Source: Haliotis rufescens (Eukaryota). From it: a stretch of 64,000 nucleotides of DNA. Shown here piece after piece: positions 53,429-64,000 of the stretch. The position numbers were made by a program, and so were the translations under genes. Each line of letters begins with the position of its first letter. The stretch's first letter is position 1. The notes below the pieces were generated by a model. That model had not been told where the DNA came from. It did no database searches and saw nothing but the letters and a program-made list of their open reading frames with translations. Where the stretch lies: positions 3,286,001 through 3,350,000 of the forward strand of contig NW_025964124.1 of NCBI RefSeq assembly GCF_023055435.1, written 5' to 3'.

Positions 53429-56145
53429 ATACCCAGTCTGTACCCCTGTATCTATATACCAATTTTTACATGTCTGTACCCCTGTATCTATATCCCCAGT
53501 ATCTATATACCCTGTCTGTACCCCTGTATCTATATACCGTCTGTACCTGTCTGTACCCCTGTATCTATATACCATGTCTGTACCCCTGTATCTATATGCC
53601 CTGTATCTATATACCCTGTCTGTACCCCTGTATCTATATACCCTGTATCTATATACCATGTCTGTACCCCTGTATCTATATGCCCTGTATCTATATACCC
53701 TGTCTGTACCCCTGTATCTATATACCCTGTATCTATATGCCCTGTATGTATATACCCTGTCTGTACCCCTGTGTCTATATGCCCTGTATCTATATGCCCT
53801 GTATCTATATACCCTGTCTGTACCCCTGTATCTATATACCGTCTGTACCCCTGTATCTATATACCCTGTCTATACCCCTGTATCTATATACCCTGTCTCT
53901 ACCCCTGTATCTATATACCCTGTCTGTACCCCTGTATCTATATACCCTGTCTGTACCCCTGTATCTATATGCCCTGTCTGTACCCCTGTATCTATATACC
54001 CTGTCTGTACCCCTGTATCTACATACCCTGTCTGTACCCCTGTATCTATATACCCTGTCTGTACCCCTGTATCTATATACCGTCTGTACCCCTGTATCTA
54101 TATACCCTGTCTGTACCCCTGTATCTATATACCGTCTGTACCCCTGTATCTATATACCCTGTCTATACCCCTGTATCTATATGCCCTGTATCTATATACC
54201 CTGTCTGTACCCCTGTATCTATATACCCTGTATCTATATGCCCTGTATGTATATACCCTGTCTGTACCCCTGTATCTATATGCCCTGTATCTATAAACCC
54301 TGTCTGTACCCCTGTATCTATATACCCTGTCTGTACCCCTGTATCTATATACCCTGTCTGTACCCCTGTATCTACATACCATGTCTGTACCCCTGTATCT
54401 ATATACCCTGTTTGTACCCCTGTATCTATATATCCTGTCTGTACCCCTGTATCTATATACCCTGTCTGTACCCCTGTATCTATATACCCTGTCTGTACCC
54501 CTGTATCTATATACCGTCGGTACCCCTGTATCCATATACCATGTCTGTACCCCTGTATCTATATACCCTGTCTGTACCCCTGTATCTATATACCCTGTCT
54601 GTACCCCTGTATCTATATACCCTGTCTGTACCCCTATATCTATATGCCCCGTATCTATATACCCTGTCTGTACCCCTGTATCTATGTACCCTGTCTGTAC
54701 CCCTGTATCTATATACCCCGTATCTATATACCCTGTCTGTACCCCTGTATCTATATACCCTGTCTGTACCCCTGTATGTATATACCCTGTCTGTACCCCT
54801 GTATCTATATACCCTGTCTGTACCCCTGTATCTATATGCCCTGTATCTATATGCCCTGTATCTATATACCCTGGCTGTACCCCTGTATCTATATACCCTG
54901 TCTGTACCCCTGTATCTATATACCCTGTCTGTACCCCTGTATCTATATACCCTGTATCTATATACGCTGTATATATGTCCTGTATCTATATACCCTGTCT
55001 GTACCCCTGTATCTATATACCCTGTCTGTACCCCTATATCTATATACCCTGTATCTATATGCCCTGTATCTATATACCTTGTCTGTACCCCTATATCTAT
55101 ATACCCTGTATCTATATACCCTGTATCTATATACCTTGTCTGTACCCCTATATCTATATACCCTGTATCTATATGCCCTGTATCTATATACCCTGTATCT
55201 ATATACCCTGTCTGTACCCCTCTATCTCTATACCCTGTCTGTACCCCTATATCTATATGCCCTGTATCTATATACCCTGTCTGTACCCCTGTATCTATAT
55301 ACCCTGTATCTATATACCCTGTCTGTACCCCTGTATCTATATACCCAGTCTGTACCCCTGTATCTATATACCCTGTCTGTACCCCTGTATCTATATACCC
55401 TGTCTGTACCCCTGTATCTATATATCCTGTCTGTACCCCTGTATCTATATATCCTGTCTGTACCCCTGTATCTATATATCCTGTCTGTACCCCTGTATCT
55501 TTATATCCTGTCTGTACCCCTGTATCTATATACCCTGTATCTATATACCCTGTCTGTACCCCTGTATCTATATACCCTGTATCTATATACCCTGTCTGTA
55601 CCCCTGTATCTATATACCCTGTCCTACCCCTGTATCTATATACCCTGTTTGTACCCCTGGATCTATATACCCTGTCTGTACCCCTGTATCTATATACCCT
55701 GTCTGTACCCCTGTATCTATATGCCCTGTATCTATATACCCTGTCTGTACCCCTGTATCTATATACCCTGTCTGTACCCCTGTATCTATATATCCTGTCT
55801 GTACCCCTGTATCTATATACCCTGTCTGTACCCCTGTATCTATATACCCTGTCTGTACCCCTGTATCTATATACCCTGTATGTATATACCCTGTCTGTAC
55901 CCCTGTATCTATATACCCTGTCTGTACCCCTATATCTATATACCCTGTATCTATATACCCTGTCTGTACCCCTGTATCTATATACCCTGTCTGTACCCCT
56001 ATATCTATATACCCTGTATCTATATATCCTGTCTGTACCCCTGTATCTATATACCCTGTCTGTACCCCTGTATCTATATACCCTGTCTGTACCCCTGTAT
56101 CTATATACCCTGTCTGTACCCCTGTATCTATATGCCTACCCCCCT
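53429..56145. repeat. Compound 12+15-bp array (CCCTGTCTGTAC / CCCTGTATCTATATA) filling XRCC1 intron 2
   Basis: Direct periodicity from the donor to the polypyrimidine tract. Confidence 0.95.
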
Positions 56146-56169
56146 GAATCTCTGTCCTCTCTTCATCAG

Positions 56170-56277
56170 TTGGACCGAGCATCCCAGATCAGCAGCATCG
56201 ACATCGGCAACGAGGGCTCGGGCTTTGTGGAGGTGTTGGTGGGGAAGTCCACTGCTGCAGCTGACACCGACTATCAG
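56170..56277 (+). CDS. XRCC1: XRCC1 exon 3 (LDRASQISSIDIGNEGSGFVEVLVGKSTAAADTDYQ)
   Basis: Matches human QIHSVDIGNDGSAFVEVLVG; AG/GT, phase 0. Confidence 0.96.
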
Positions 56278-56794
56278 GTGTGTATCCTTTGTATTCCTTA
56301 CTTATCTTGCATTCTTACTTAATGCATTCCTGCTTACCTACGATAACTAGAAGGACAGCGCAACAGCAATGTCATGGGTGAAGAAATAAAGTTGTTGTTC
56401 TGAAGTCCCTTTTACTGACCCTTGCCACTGACCTGTGACCTTGATGACATCTAAGGTCACCTTCACATGACTGCTGGTTGCTCTCCAGCAAGGACGTGTC
56501 CCAGCGGAGCTCTCCTTTTGGATTAATTTAGACCTTCAGTTTTCGTCTACAATCCTAAAATTGATCTGTAATGGCTGATGTATTCTTTTCGTATTACTTT
56601 CACCGTGCTGTTTTATGTGTATTAATTAGGCATATAAAGAATGTCTTTGTTGACTGCCACTTATTTGTTGCTTGCCGCCATTTTGAATTGTGTTACATTT
56701 GTTTGCCTGCCAAGGTAGTCAAATTGTTTACAATTCTCATCTACGTATGTACAACATATTTTTGTGTTCTTAAATACTACTAGCTTTGGCATAA

Positions 56795-57255
56795 CAGTGA
56801 GTTGCGTGTATATCAATTATTGTATACACTTTCAACTTGTTACAAATATGTTTGCCGATATCAATTTCTTCCAGTACTGTCTCATCAACAATGGTTTAAT
56901 TGCATAACTTATGCTTGACCATTGTACTAATTGTCGTGGAAAAAATCTTACAAGATTATCATCCACGTTGGTTGGCTTGCAGGCAGATGTGCTCGCCAGA
57001 CTCTCAATGTAAATAGCCATGGTTTACGTTGAGTTGCGTATATAAAAATATTGTATGCACTTTCAAATTGTAATTTTGCTGATAGATTATTCTTCAATTC
57101 TACGGCATTCTTCAAGTACCATTTCATCAACAATGGTTTAATTGCATAACTTATGCTTGCGGGTTGTACATATTGTTGTGGGAAAAATCGCCCAAAGATC
57201 TTTATCCACGTTTCTCGGCAACACGTAGATGTGCTCGCCAATTTCTAAATGTAAT
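56795..57255. repeat. Degenerate ~232-bp tandem duplication
   Basis: gagttgcgt..catcaacaatggtttaattgcataacttatgcttg..gatgtgctcgcca occurs twice. Confidence 0.8.
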
Positions 57256-57799
57256 TTTTGTGTAAATCTCTCTCCGACGAGTTTTACAATATAAAGGCAG
57301 GTTACTCACAATCATATTTTGCAGGAATCTCGTCGTGAGACGAAAGGAATGTCACAATCGCTGAACAGCGAAGGGGATGGTTTGGTCATTACCACCCAAC
57401 CGTTATCATCAGCGGGTAAAATGATGCACGTAGCTGTGACTGCACCCTCCTACGAAATCAACAATACCGGAGGATTTTGTGATATCATAACTGCTCCTAA
57501 ATTTCAGCCCCTCACACAACCAGATCTACTAAATCTGCAACGCTGGCGCCAGCACCAGCATCTCAAGACGCTTTGATGGGGGTAGCTCAGTCAATACCAA
57601 TGGGCTTTGTGTCTCCGATACCTGCGCCGAGCGCAGCGCCTGACTACTGCCCTCCCCCGGTAACGGGGTAAATAAGAGGGACACCACGAGGTCATTGGAG
57701 GAAGACTTTTCCAAACTCACATTTGCTCTGTCATTTAAGCCACCAACATTGTCAATGCTTGCAGTAGATCAGGATCTATCAGAGGATAACCCTATCTGA

Positions 57800-59230
57800 T
57801 TAGATCACTTCCAAACTATGGTGATTATCCTTCAGCGTCAGATTTACCACAGGAAAATTCATCTTGAGGCTGAGTTTTTCCAACTGGGATTTCAAGGGCA
57901 GGCTGCTACATCAACCTTGGTCATCTACTCCCTGGTTAAATGAACAGATCGCAGACACGCAGGCCAAGTTCCCCAAACGCTTGGAATGACACTGTGCTCA
58001 AGACTCTATAGCACGTCTCTTTCAGTCTATCCCAGCGGGCTGGCAGGTCAGGCAATTGTAAGCCTGGACGGGCATTTCTCAAGGAAGACCAGTATTCTGT
58101 TACTGGGAAAGGGCATGGGAGAGGCAAGTCTCAAGGAAGACCAGTATTCCGTTACTGGGAAAGGGCATGGGAGAGGCAAGTCTCAAGGAAGACCAGTATT
58201 CCGTTACTGGGAAAGGGCATGGGAGAGGCAAGTCTCAAGGAAGACCAGTATTCTGTTACTGGGAAAGGGCATGGGAGAGGCAAGTCTCAAGGAAGACCAG
58301 TATTCTGTTACTGGGAAAGGGCATGGGAGAGGCAAGTCTCAAGGAAGACCAGTATTCTGTTACTGGGAAAGGGCATGGGAGAGGCAAGCCTCAAGGAGGA
58401 TTGCGTACTCATTGTGCTACTTCATGGTTTCCGTATAAACGTAGAAGAACAGGACCACAGTTTGAGTTGCCCAACTCGCAATATCTACAGACTACAACAC
58501 TGCGGTGTGGTGCCTGCGCAATCAGGGAACAACGCACTACCACTCTCTACTTCAACAGACATTCAGATTTTTCCATCTAGTGGATCGGCTGCAACTACAG
58601 TTTATAGTTCAGCACATCCCCGGCGGCACGGGTGAGGGAACTACAGGCGATCGCTCCACTCGGATCTGCTTTGAGCACAGGACGCACGGATCGGTACATC
58701 TCGGATTATGCTGGGATTTTATTGCAAAATTCAACTACCAGGCCAACCGATCGATCGACTATTGTGGGAGCCATACACGAAGTTGAATTTCTCCTGGGCT
58801 TGGTGCGAGCAGTTCGAGTTTTCATTCGCCGCTCCAAGTGTACTATGTCCAAGACCGAAGTTAGTCGCAAACACCATATCACTATGGTTACTCGCCAAAA
58901 TGGAATCCGCCGAGAGCGAACTACCCTCACAATCTCAGGGTGTTAGCCTTTAACATTGCCCTACACTACAATTGTTCTTTTAGAACAGTCATGGAAGGAT
59001 ATTTGTGGAGGTTCGACTCAGGTTTTGCTAGTCGTTGTGGCTCACGAGGACGTCAAAAGCATGCAAAGTTTTGTCCCTCTGGTTGTTACCCAGCAGGTAA
59101 CCAACCCCCGACGCAAATAGTGAACTCGCCCTATACAGAGCCAGCCTACTTCCATGGGCAGTCACTCAGTCGCCGCCAGTGGAAGAATATTTGACAATCT
59201 TGTTTGTCAACGACGGCTCTATGACAGAGT
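57800..59230 (+). mobile_element. Decayed DIRS-type tyrosine-recombinase retrotransposon fragment (boundaries approximate)
   Basis: RNase H-like TDYNTAVWCLRNQGT...QFIVQHIPG (~58487-58625); YR-like ANTISLWL and HNLRVLAFNIALHYNCSFRTVMEGYLWRFDSGFASR (~58865-59040). Confidence 0.75.
58077..58396. repeat. 52-bp tandem array, 6 copies, inside the DIRS remnant
   Basis: Direct periodicity. Confidence 0.95.
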
Positions 59231-59443
59231 AAGTAAAGAATTAGCTGATCAGCTGTTATTTTCTTCATTACTAAGTGTGTATAGGTAATTTCTCTTTAAT
59301 TCCTATGTTCAATCGATTTGATATTTGAACAATCCTACCCTTATGGCGTTTTGCTGAACTTTTCCTCTTCACGGTTTATCGACCAACTGGTGTCGTATTT
59401 CAGGGTGTGAATTATTGAGGTTTCTGTTAGTTTCTACCGCTGT

Positions 59444-61423
59444 TTATCACCCTGTACACAGACGATGTAGTATATCCCTTATCACCCTGTACACAGACGA
59501 TGTAGTATATCCCTTATCACCCTGTACACAGACGATGTAGTATATCCTTGATCACCTTGTACACAGACGATGTAGTATATCCTTGATCACCCTGTACACA
59601 GACTATGTAGTATATCCTTGATCACCTTGTACACAGACTATGTAGTATATCCTTGATCGCCCTGTACACAGACGATGTAGTATATCCTTGATCACCCTGT
59701 ACACAGACGATGTAGTATATCCTTGATCACCCTGTACACAGACTATGTAGTATATCCCTTATCACCCTGTACACAGACGATGTAGTATATCCCTTATCAC
59801 CCTGTACACAGACGATGTAGTATATCCCTTATCACCCTATACACAGACGATGTAGTATATCCCTTATCACCCTGTACACAGACGATGTAGTATATCCCTT
59901 ATCACCCTGTACACAGACTATGTAGTATATCCCTTATCACCCTGTACACAGACGATGTAGTATATCCCTTATCACCCTATACACAGACGATGTAGTATAT
60001 CCCTTATCACCCTGTACACAGACGATGTAGTATATCCCTTATCACCCTGTACACAGACAATGTAGTATATCCCTTATCACCCTGTACACAGACGATGTAG
60101 TATATCCCTTATCACCCTGTACACAGACGATGTAGTATATCCCTTATCACCCTGTACACAGACGATGTAGTATATCCCTTTTCACCCTATACACAGACGA
60201 TGTAGTATATCCTTGATCACCCTGTACACAGACTATGTAGTATATCCTTGATCACCCTGTACACAGACTATGTAGTATATCCTTGATCGCCCTGTACACA
60301 GACGATGTAGTATATCCTTGATCACCCTGTACACAGACGATGTAGTATATCCTTGATCACCCTGTACACAGACTATGTAGTATATCCCTTATCACCCTGT
60401 ACACAGACGATGTAGTATATCCCTTATCACCCTGTACACAGACGATGTAGTATATCCCTTATCACCCTATACACAGACGATGTAGTATATCCCTTATCAC
60501 CCTGTACACAGACGATGTAGTATATCCCTTATCACCCTGTACACAGACGATGTAGTATATCCCTTATCACCCTGTACACAGACGATGTAGTATATCCCTT
60601 ATCACCCTGTACACAGACTATGTAGTATATCCCTTATCACCCTGTACACAGACGATGTAGTATATCCCTTATCACCCTGTACACAGACGATGTAGTATAT
60701 CCCTTATCACCCTGTACACAGACGATGTAGTATATCCCTTATCACCCTGTACACAGACTATGTAGTATATCCCTTATCACCCTGTACACAGACGATGTAG
60801 TATATCCTTGATCACCCTGTACACAGACGATGTAGTATATCCCTTTTCACCCTATACACAGACGATGTAGTATATCCCTTATCACCCTGTACACAGACGA
60901 TGTAGTATATCCCTTATCACCCTATACACAGACGATGTAGTATATCCCTTATCACCCTGTACACAGACGATGTAGTATATCCCTTATCACCCTGTACACA
61001 GACTATGTAGTATATCCCTTATCACCCTGTACACAGACGATGTAGTATATCCTTGATCACCCTGTACACAGACGATGTAGTATATCCCTTTTCACCCTAT
61101 ACACAGACGATGTAGTATATCCTTGATCACCCTGTACACAGACTATGTAGTATATCCTTGATCACCCTGTACACAGACTATGTAGTATATCCTTGATCAC
61201 CCTGTACACAGACTATGTAGTATATCCTTGATCACCCTGTACACAGACGATGTAGTATATCCCTTTTCACCCTATACACAGACGATGTAGTATATCCTTG
61301 ATCACCCTGTACACAGACGATGTAGTATATCCTTGATCACCCTATACACAGACGATGTAGTATATCCTTGATCACCCTGTACACAGACTATGTAGTATAT
61401 CCTTGATGACCCTGTACACAGAC
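59444..61423. repeat. 35-bp tandem array, ~56 copies, in XRCC1 intron 3
   Basis: ATCACCCTGTACACAGACGATGTAGTATATCCCTT. Confidence 0.95.
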
Positions 61424-61430
61424 TTCCAAG

Positions 61431-61675
61431 TGGTTTTGTTTGATTGTTTGTTGTTTAATGCAGCGCTCAGCAATATTCCAGCTATATCAAGGCGGTCTGT
61501 AAATAATCGAGTCTGGACCAGACAATTCAGTGACTCACATGATGAGCATCAATCTACACAGTTGGGATACGATGAAATACATCAACAGTCAGCGAGCCTG
61601 ACCACACTATCCAGGCAGTCATCTCTGACGATGTGCATTGGTTGCTGAGAGCAATTCTACCCCGGATCTTCACAA
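61431..61675 (-). mobile_element. SINE family C, diverged
   Basis: Matches 48772-49048. Confidence 0.82.
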
Positions 61676-61712
61676 GTCACTTCAAGGTGGTATATCTATC
61701 TAATGTTTGCAG

Positions 61713-61871
61713 GTGATCCTGGTGGCATCGTCATTCATGACCCCCTTGGAGAGCCGCAATGGCACGAACAGGAACAGCGTCCGTATGTTCGGACTGGACA
61801 CACTCTCCAGGGCAGTCACAGACAAGAAGTGGGATCGAGTGAAGATAGTGTGTACTCAGCCCTTCTGTAAG
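61713..61871 (+). CDS. XRCC1: XRCC1 exon 4 (VILVASSFMTPLESRNGTNRNSVRMFGLDTLSRAVTDKKWDRVKIVCTQPFCK)
   Basis: Matches human VLLVTSSFMSPSESRSGSNPNRVRMFG...WDRVKIVCSQPYSK; 159 nt. Confidence 0.97.
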
Positions 61872-63899
61872 GTAAGATGTTATCAGGGTTACCCCCTCTA
61901 GTGTGTACACAGCCCTTCTGTAAGGTAGGATGTTATCAGGGTTATCCCCTCTAGTGTGTACACAGCCCTTCTGTAAGGTAGGATGTTATCAGGGTTACCC
62001 CCTCTAGTGTGTACACAGCCCTTCTGTAAGGTAAGATGTTATCAGGGTTATCCCCTCTAGTGTGTACTCAGCCCTTCTGTAAGGTGGGATGTTGTCAGGG
62101 TTACCCCCTCTAGTGTGTACTCAGCCCTTCTGTAAGGTAAGATGTTGTCAGGGTTATCCCCTCTAGTGTGTACTCAGCCCTTCTGTAAGGTAAGATGTTG
62201 TCAGGGTTACCCCCTCTAGTGTGTACTCAGCCCTTCTGTAAGGTAAGATGTTGTCAGGGTTACCCCCTCTAGTGTGTACTCAGCCCTTCTGTAAGGTAGG
62301 ATGTTGTCAGGGTTACCCCCTCTACTGTGTACTCAGCCCTTCTGTTACGTATGATGTTGTCAGGGTTATCCCCTCTACTGTGTACTCAGCCCTTCTGTTA
62401 CGTATGATGTTATCAGGGTTATCCCCTCTACTGTGTACTCAGCCCTTCTGTTACGAATGATGTTGTCAGGGTTATCCCCTCTACTGTGTACTCAGCCCTT
62501 CTGTAAGGTAGGATGTTGTCAGGGTTATCCCCTCTAGTGTGTACTCAGCCCTTCTGTTACGTATGATGTTATCAGGGTTATCCCCTCTAGTGTGTACTCA
62601 GCCCTTCTGTAAGGTAGAATGTTGTCAGGGTTATCCCCTCTAGTGTGTACTCAGCCCTTCTGTTACGTATGATGTTATCAGGGTTATCCCCTCTAGTGTG
62701 TACTCAGCCCTTCTGTAAGGTAGGATGTTGTCAGGGTTACCCCCTCTACTGTGTACTCAGCCCTTCTGTAAGGTAGGATGTTGTCAGGGTTATCCCCTCT
62801 AGTGTGTACTCAGCCCTTCTGTAAGGTAGAATGTTGTCAGGGTTATCCCCTCTAGTGTGTACTCAGCCCTTCTGTAAGGTAGAATGTTGTCAGGGTTATC
62901 CCCTCTACTGTGTACTCAGCCCTTCTGTAAGGTAGAATGTTGTCAGGGTTATCCCCTCTAGTGTGTACTCAGCCCTTCTGTAAGGTAAGATGTTGTCAGG
63001 GTTACCCCCCTCTACTGTGTACTCAGCCCTTCTGTAAGGTAGGATGTTGTCAGGGTTATCCCCTCTAGTGTGTACTCAGCCCTTCTGTAAGGTAGGATGT
63101 TGTCAGGGTTACCCCCCTCTACTGTGTACTCAGCCCTTCTGTAAGGTAAGATGTTGTCAGGGTTATCCCCTCTAGTGTGTACTCAGCCCTTCTGTAAGGT
63201 AGAATGTTGTCAGGGTTATCCCCTCTAGTGTGTACTCAGCCCTTCTGTAAGGTAGAATGTTGTCAGGGTTATCCCCTCTAGTGTGTACTCAGCCCTTCTG
63301 TTACGTATGATGTTGTCAGGGTTATCCCCCTCTACTGTGTACTCAGCCTTTCTGTTACGTATGATGTTATCAGGGTTACCCCCTCTAGTGTGTACTCAGC
63401 CCTTCTGTAAGGTAGGATGTTGTCAGGGTTACCCCCTCTAGTGTGTACTCAGCCCTTCTGTTACGTATGATGTTATCAGGGTTATCCCCTCTAGTGTGTA
63501 CTCAGCCCTTCTGTTACGTATGATGTTATCAGGGTTATCCTCTCTAGTGTGTACTCAGCCCTTCTGTTACGTATGATGTTGTCAGGGTTATCCCCCTCTA
63601 CTGTGTACTCAGCCCTTCTGTAAGGTAGGATGTTGTCAGGGTTACCCCCTCTACTGTGTACTCAGCCCTTCTGTAAGGTAGAATGTTGTCAGGGTTATCC
63701 CCTCTAGTGTGTACACAGCCCTTCTGTAAGGTAAGATGTTGTCAGGGTTACCCCCTCTAGTGTGTAATCAGCCCTTCTGTAAGGTAGGATGTTATCAGGG
63801 TTATCCCCTCTAGTGTGTACACAGCCCTTCTGTAAGGTAGGATGTTATCAGGGTTACCCACCTCTACTGTGTACTCAGCCCTTCTGTAAGGTAAGATGT
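61846..63899. repeat. 53/54-bp tandem array, ~39 copies, each containing the last 26 nt of exon 4 and its splice donor
   Basis: TAGTGTGTACTCAGCCCTTCTGTAAG|GTAAGATGTTATCAGGGTTACCCCCTC. Confidence 0.97.
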
Positions 63900-63937
63900 G
63901 AGTGTAGTGTGTACTGTGATCCCAACTTTATCTTCAG

Positions 63938-64000
63938 ACTTCATCCTATGGATTGTCCTTCATCAAGCTCCATGCTCCAGCCGAAGGGAAGGAAGCAGAG
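63938..64000 (+). CDS. XRCC1: XRCC1 exon 5, partial (TSSYGLSFIKLHAPAEGKEAE)
   Basis: tcttcag acceptor; matches human DSPFGLSFVRFHSPPDKDEAE. Confidence 0.9.

Noticed and set aside
53292-56350. ~990 aa Cys/Tyr/Pro-rich ORFs resembling a structural protein
   Set aside because: Read-through of XRCC1 intron 2 repeat; the real exons at each end splice in frame

Overview
Repeat-rich eukaryotic (metazoan) genomic DNA. The SINE types suggest a mollusc, possibly a gastropod such as abalone, but this is an inference. It is not prokaryotic, and there is no CRISPR array, rRNA or true tRNA. Almost all long ORFs in the supplied track are tandem-repeat artefacts. Three intron-containing genes can be assembled by hand. 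(1) A ~7-exon minus-strand gene (36938->14477) whose C-terminal half resembles the Cut8/Sts1 nuclear-proteasome tether family; two of its exons are interrupted by N gaps. (2) An RBM7/RBM11-like RRM gene on the minus strand (48398->46551). (3) XRCC1 exons 1-5 on the plus strand (49719->window end), head-to-head with the RBM7-like gene. About half the window is made of ~25 unrelated local minisatellite arrays. The rest holds three SINE families, several TIR/TSD-bounded MITEs (some nested), a decayed Tc1/mariner transposase, a decayed DIRS retrotransposon and a near-exact 1.45-kb tandem duplication. The most striking pattern is that several arrays amplify a real splice site together with the adjacent exon end (7-39 copies). 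In addition, five unrelated arrays share a G(A/G)GTT(A/G)(T/C)C(T/C)CCC motif, all in the host gene's sense orientation, and in three cases the motif lies 10-15 nt after a donor GT.
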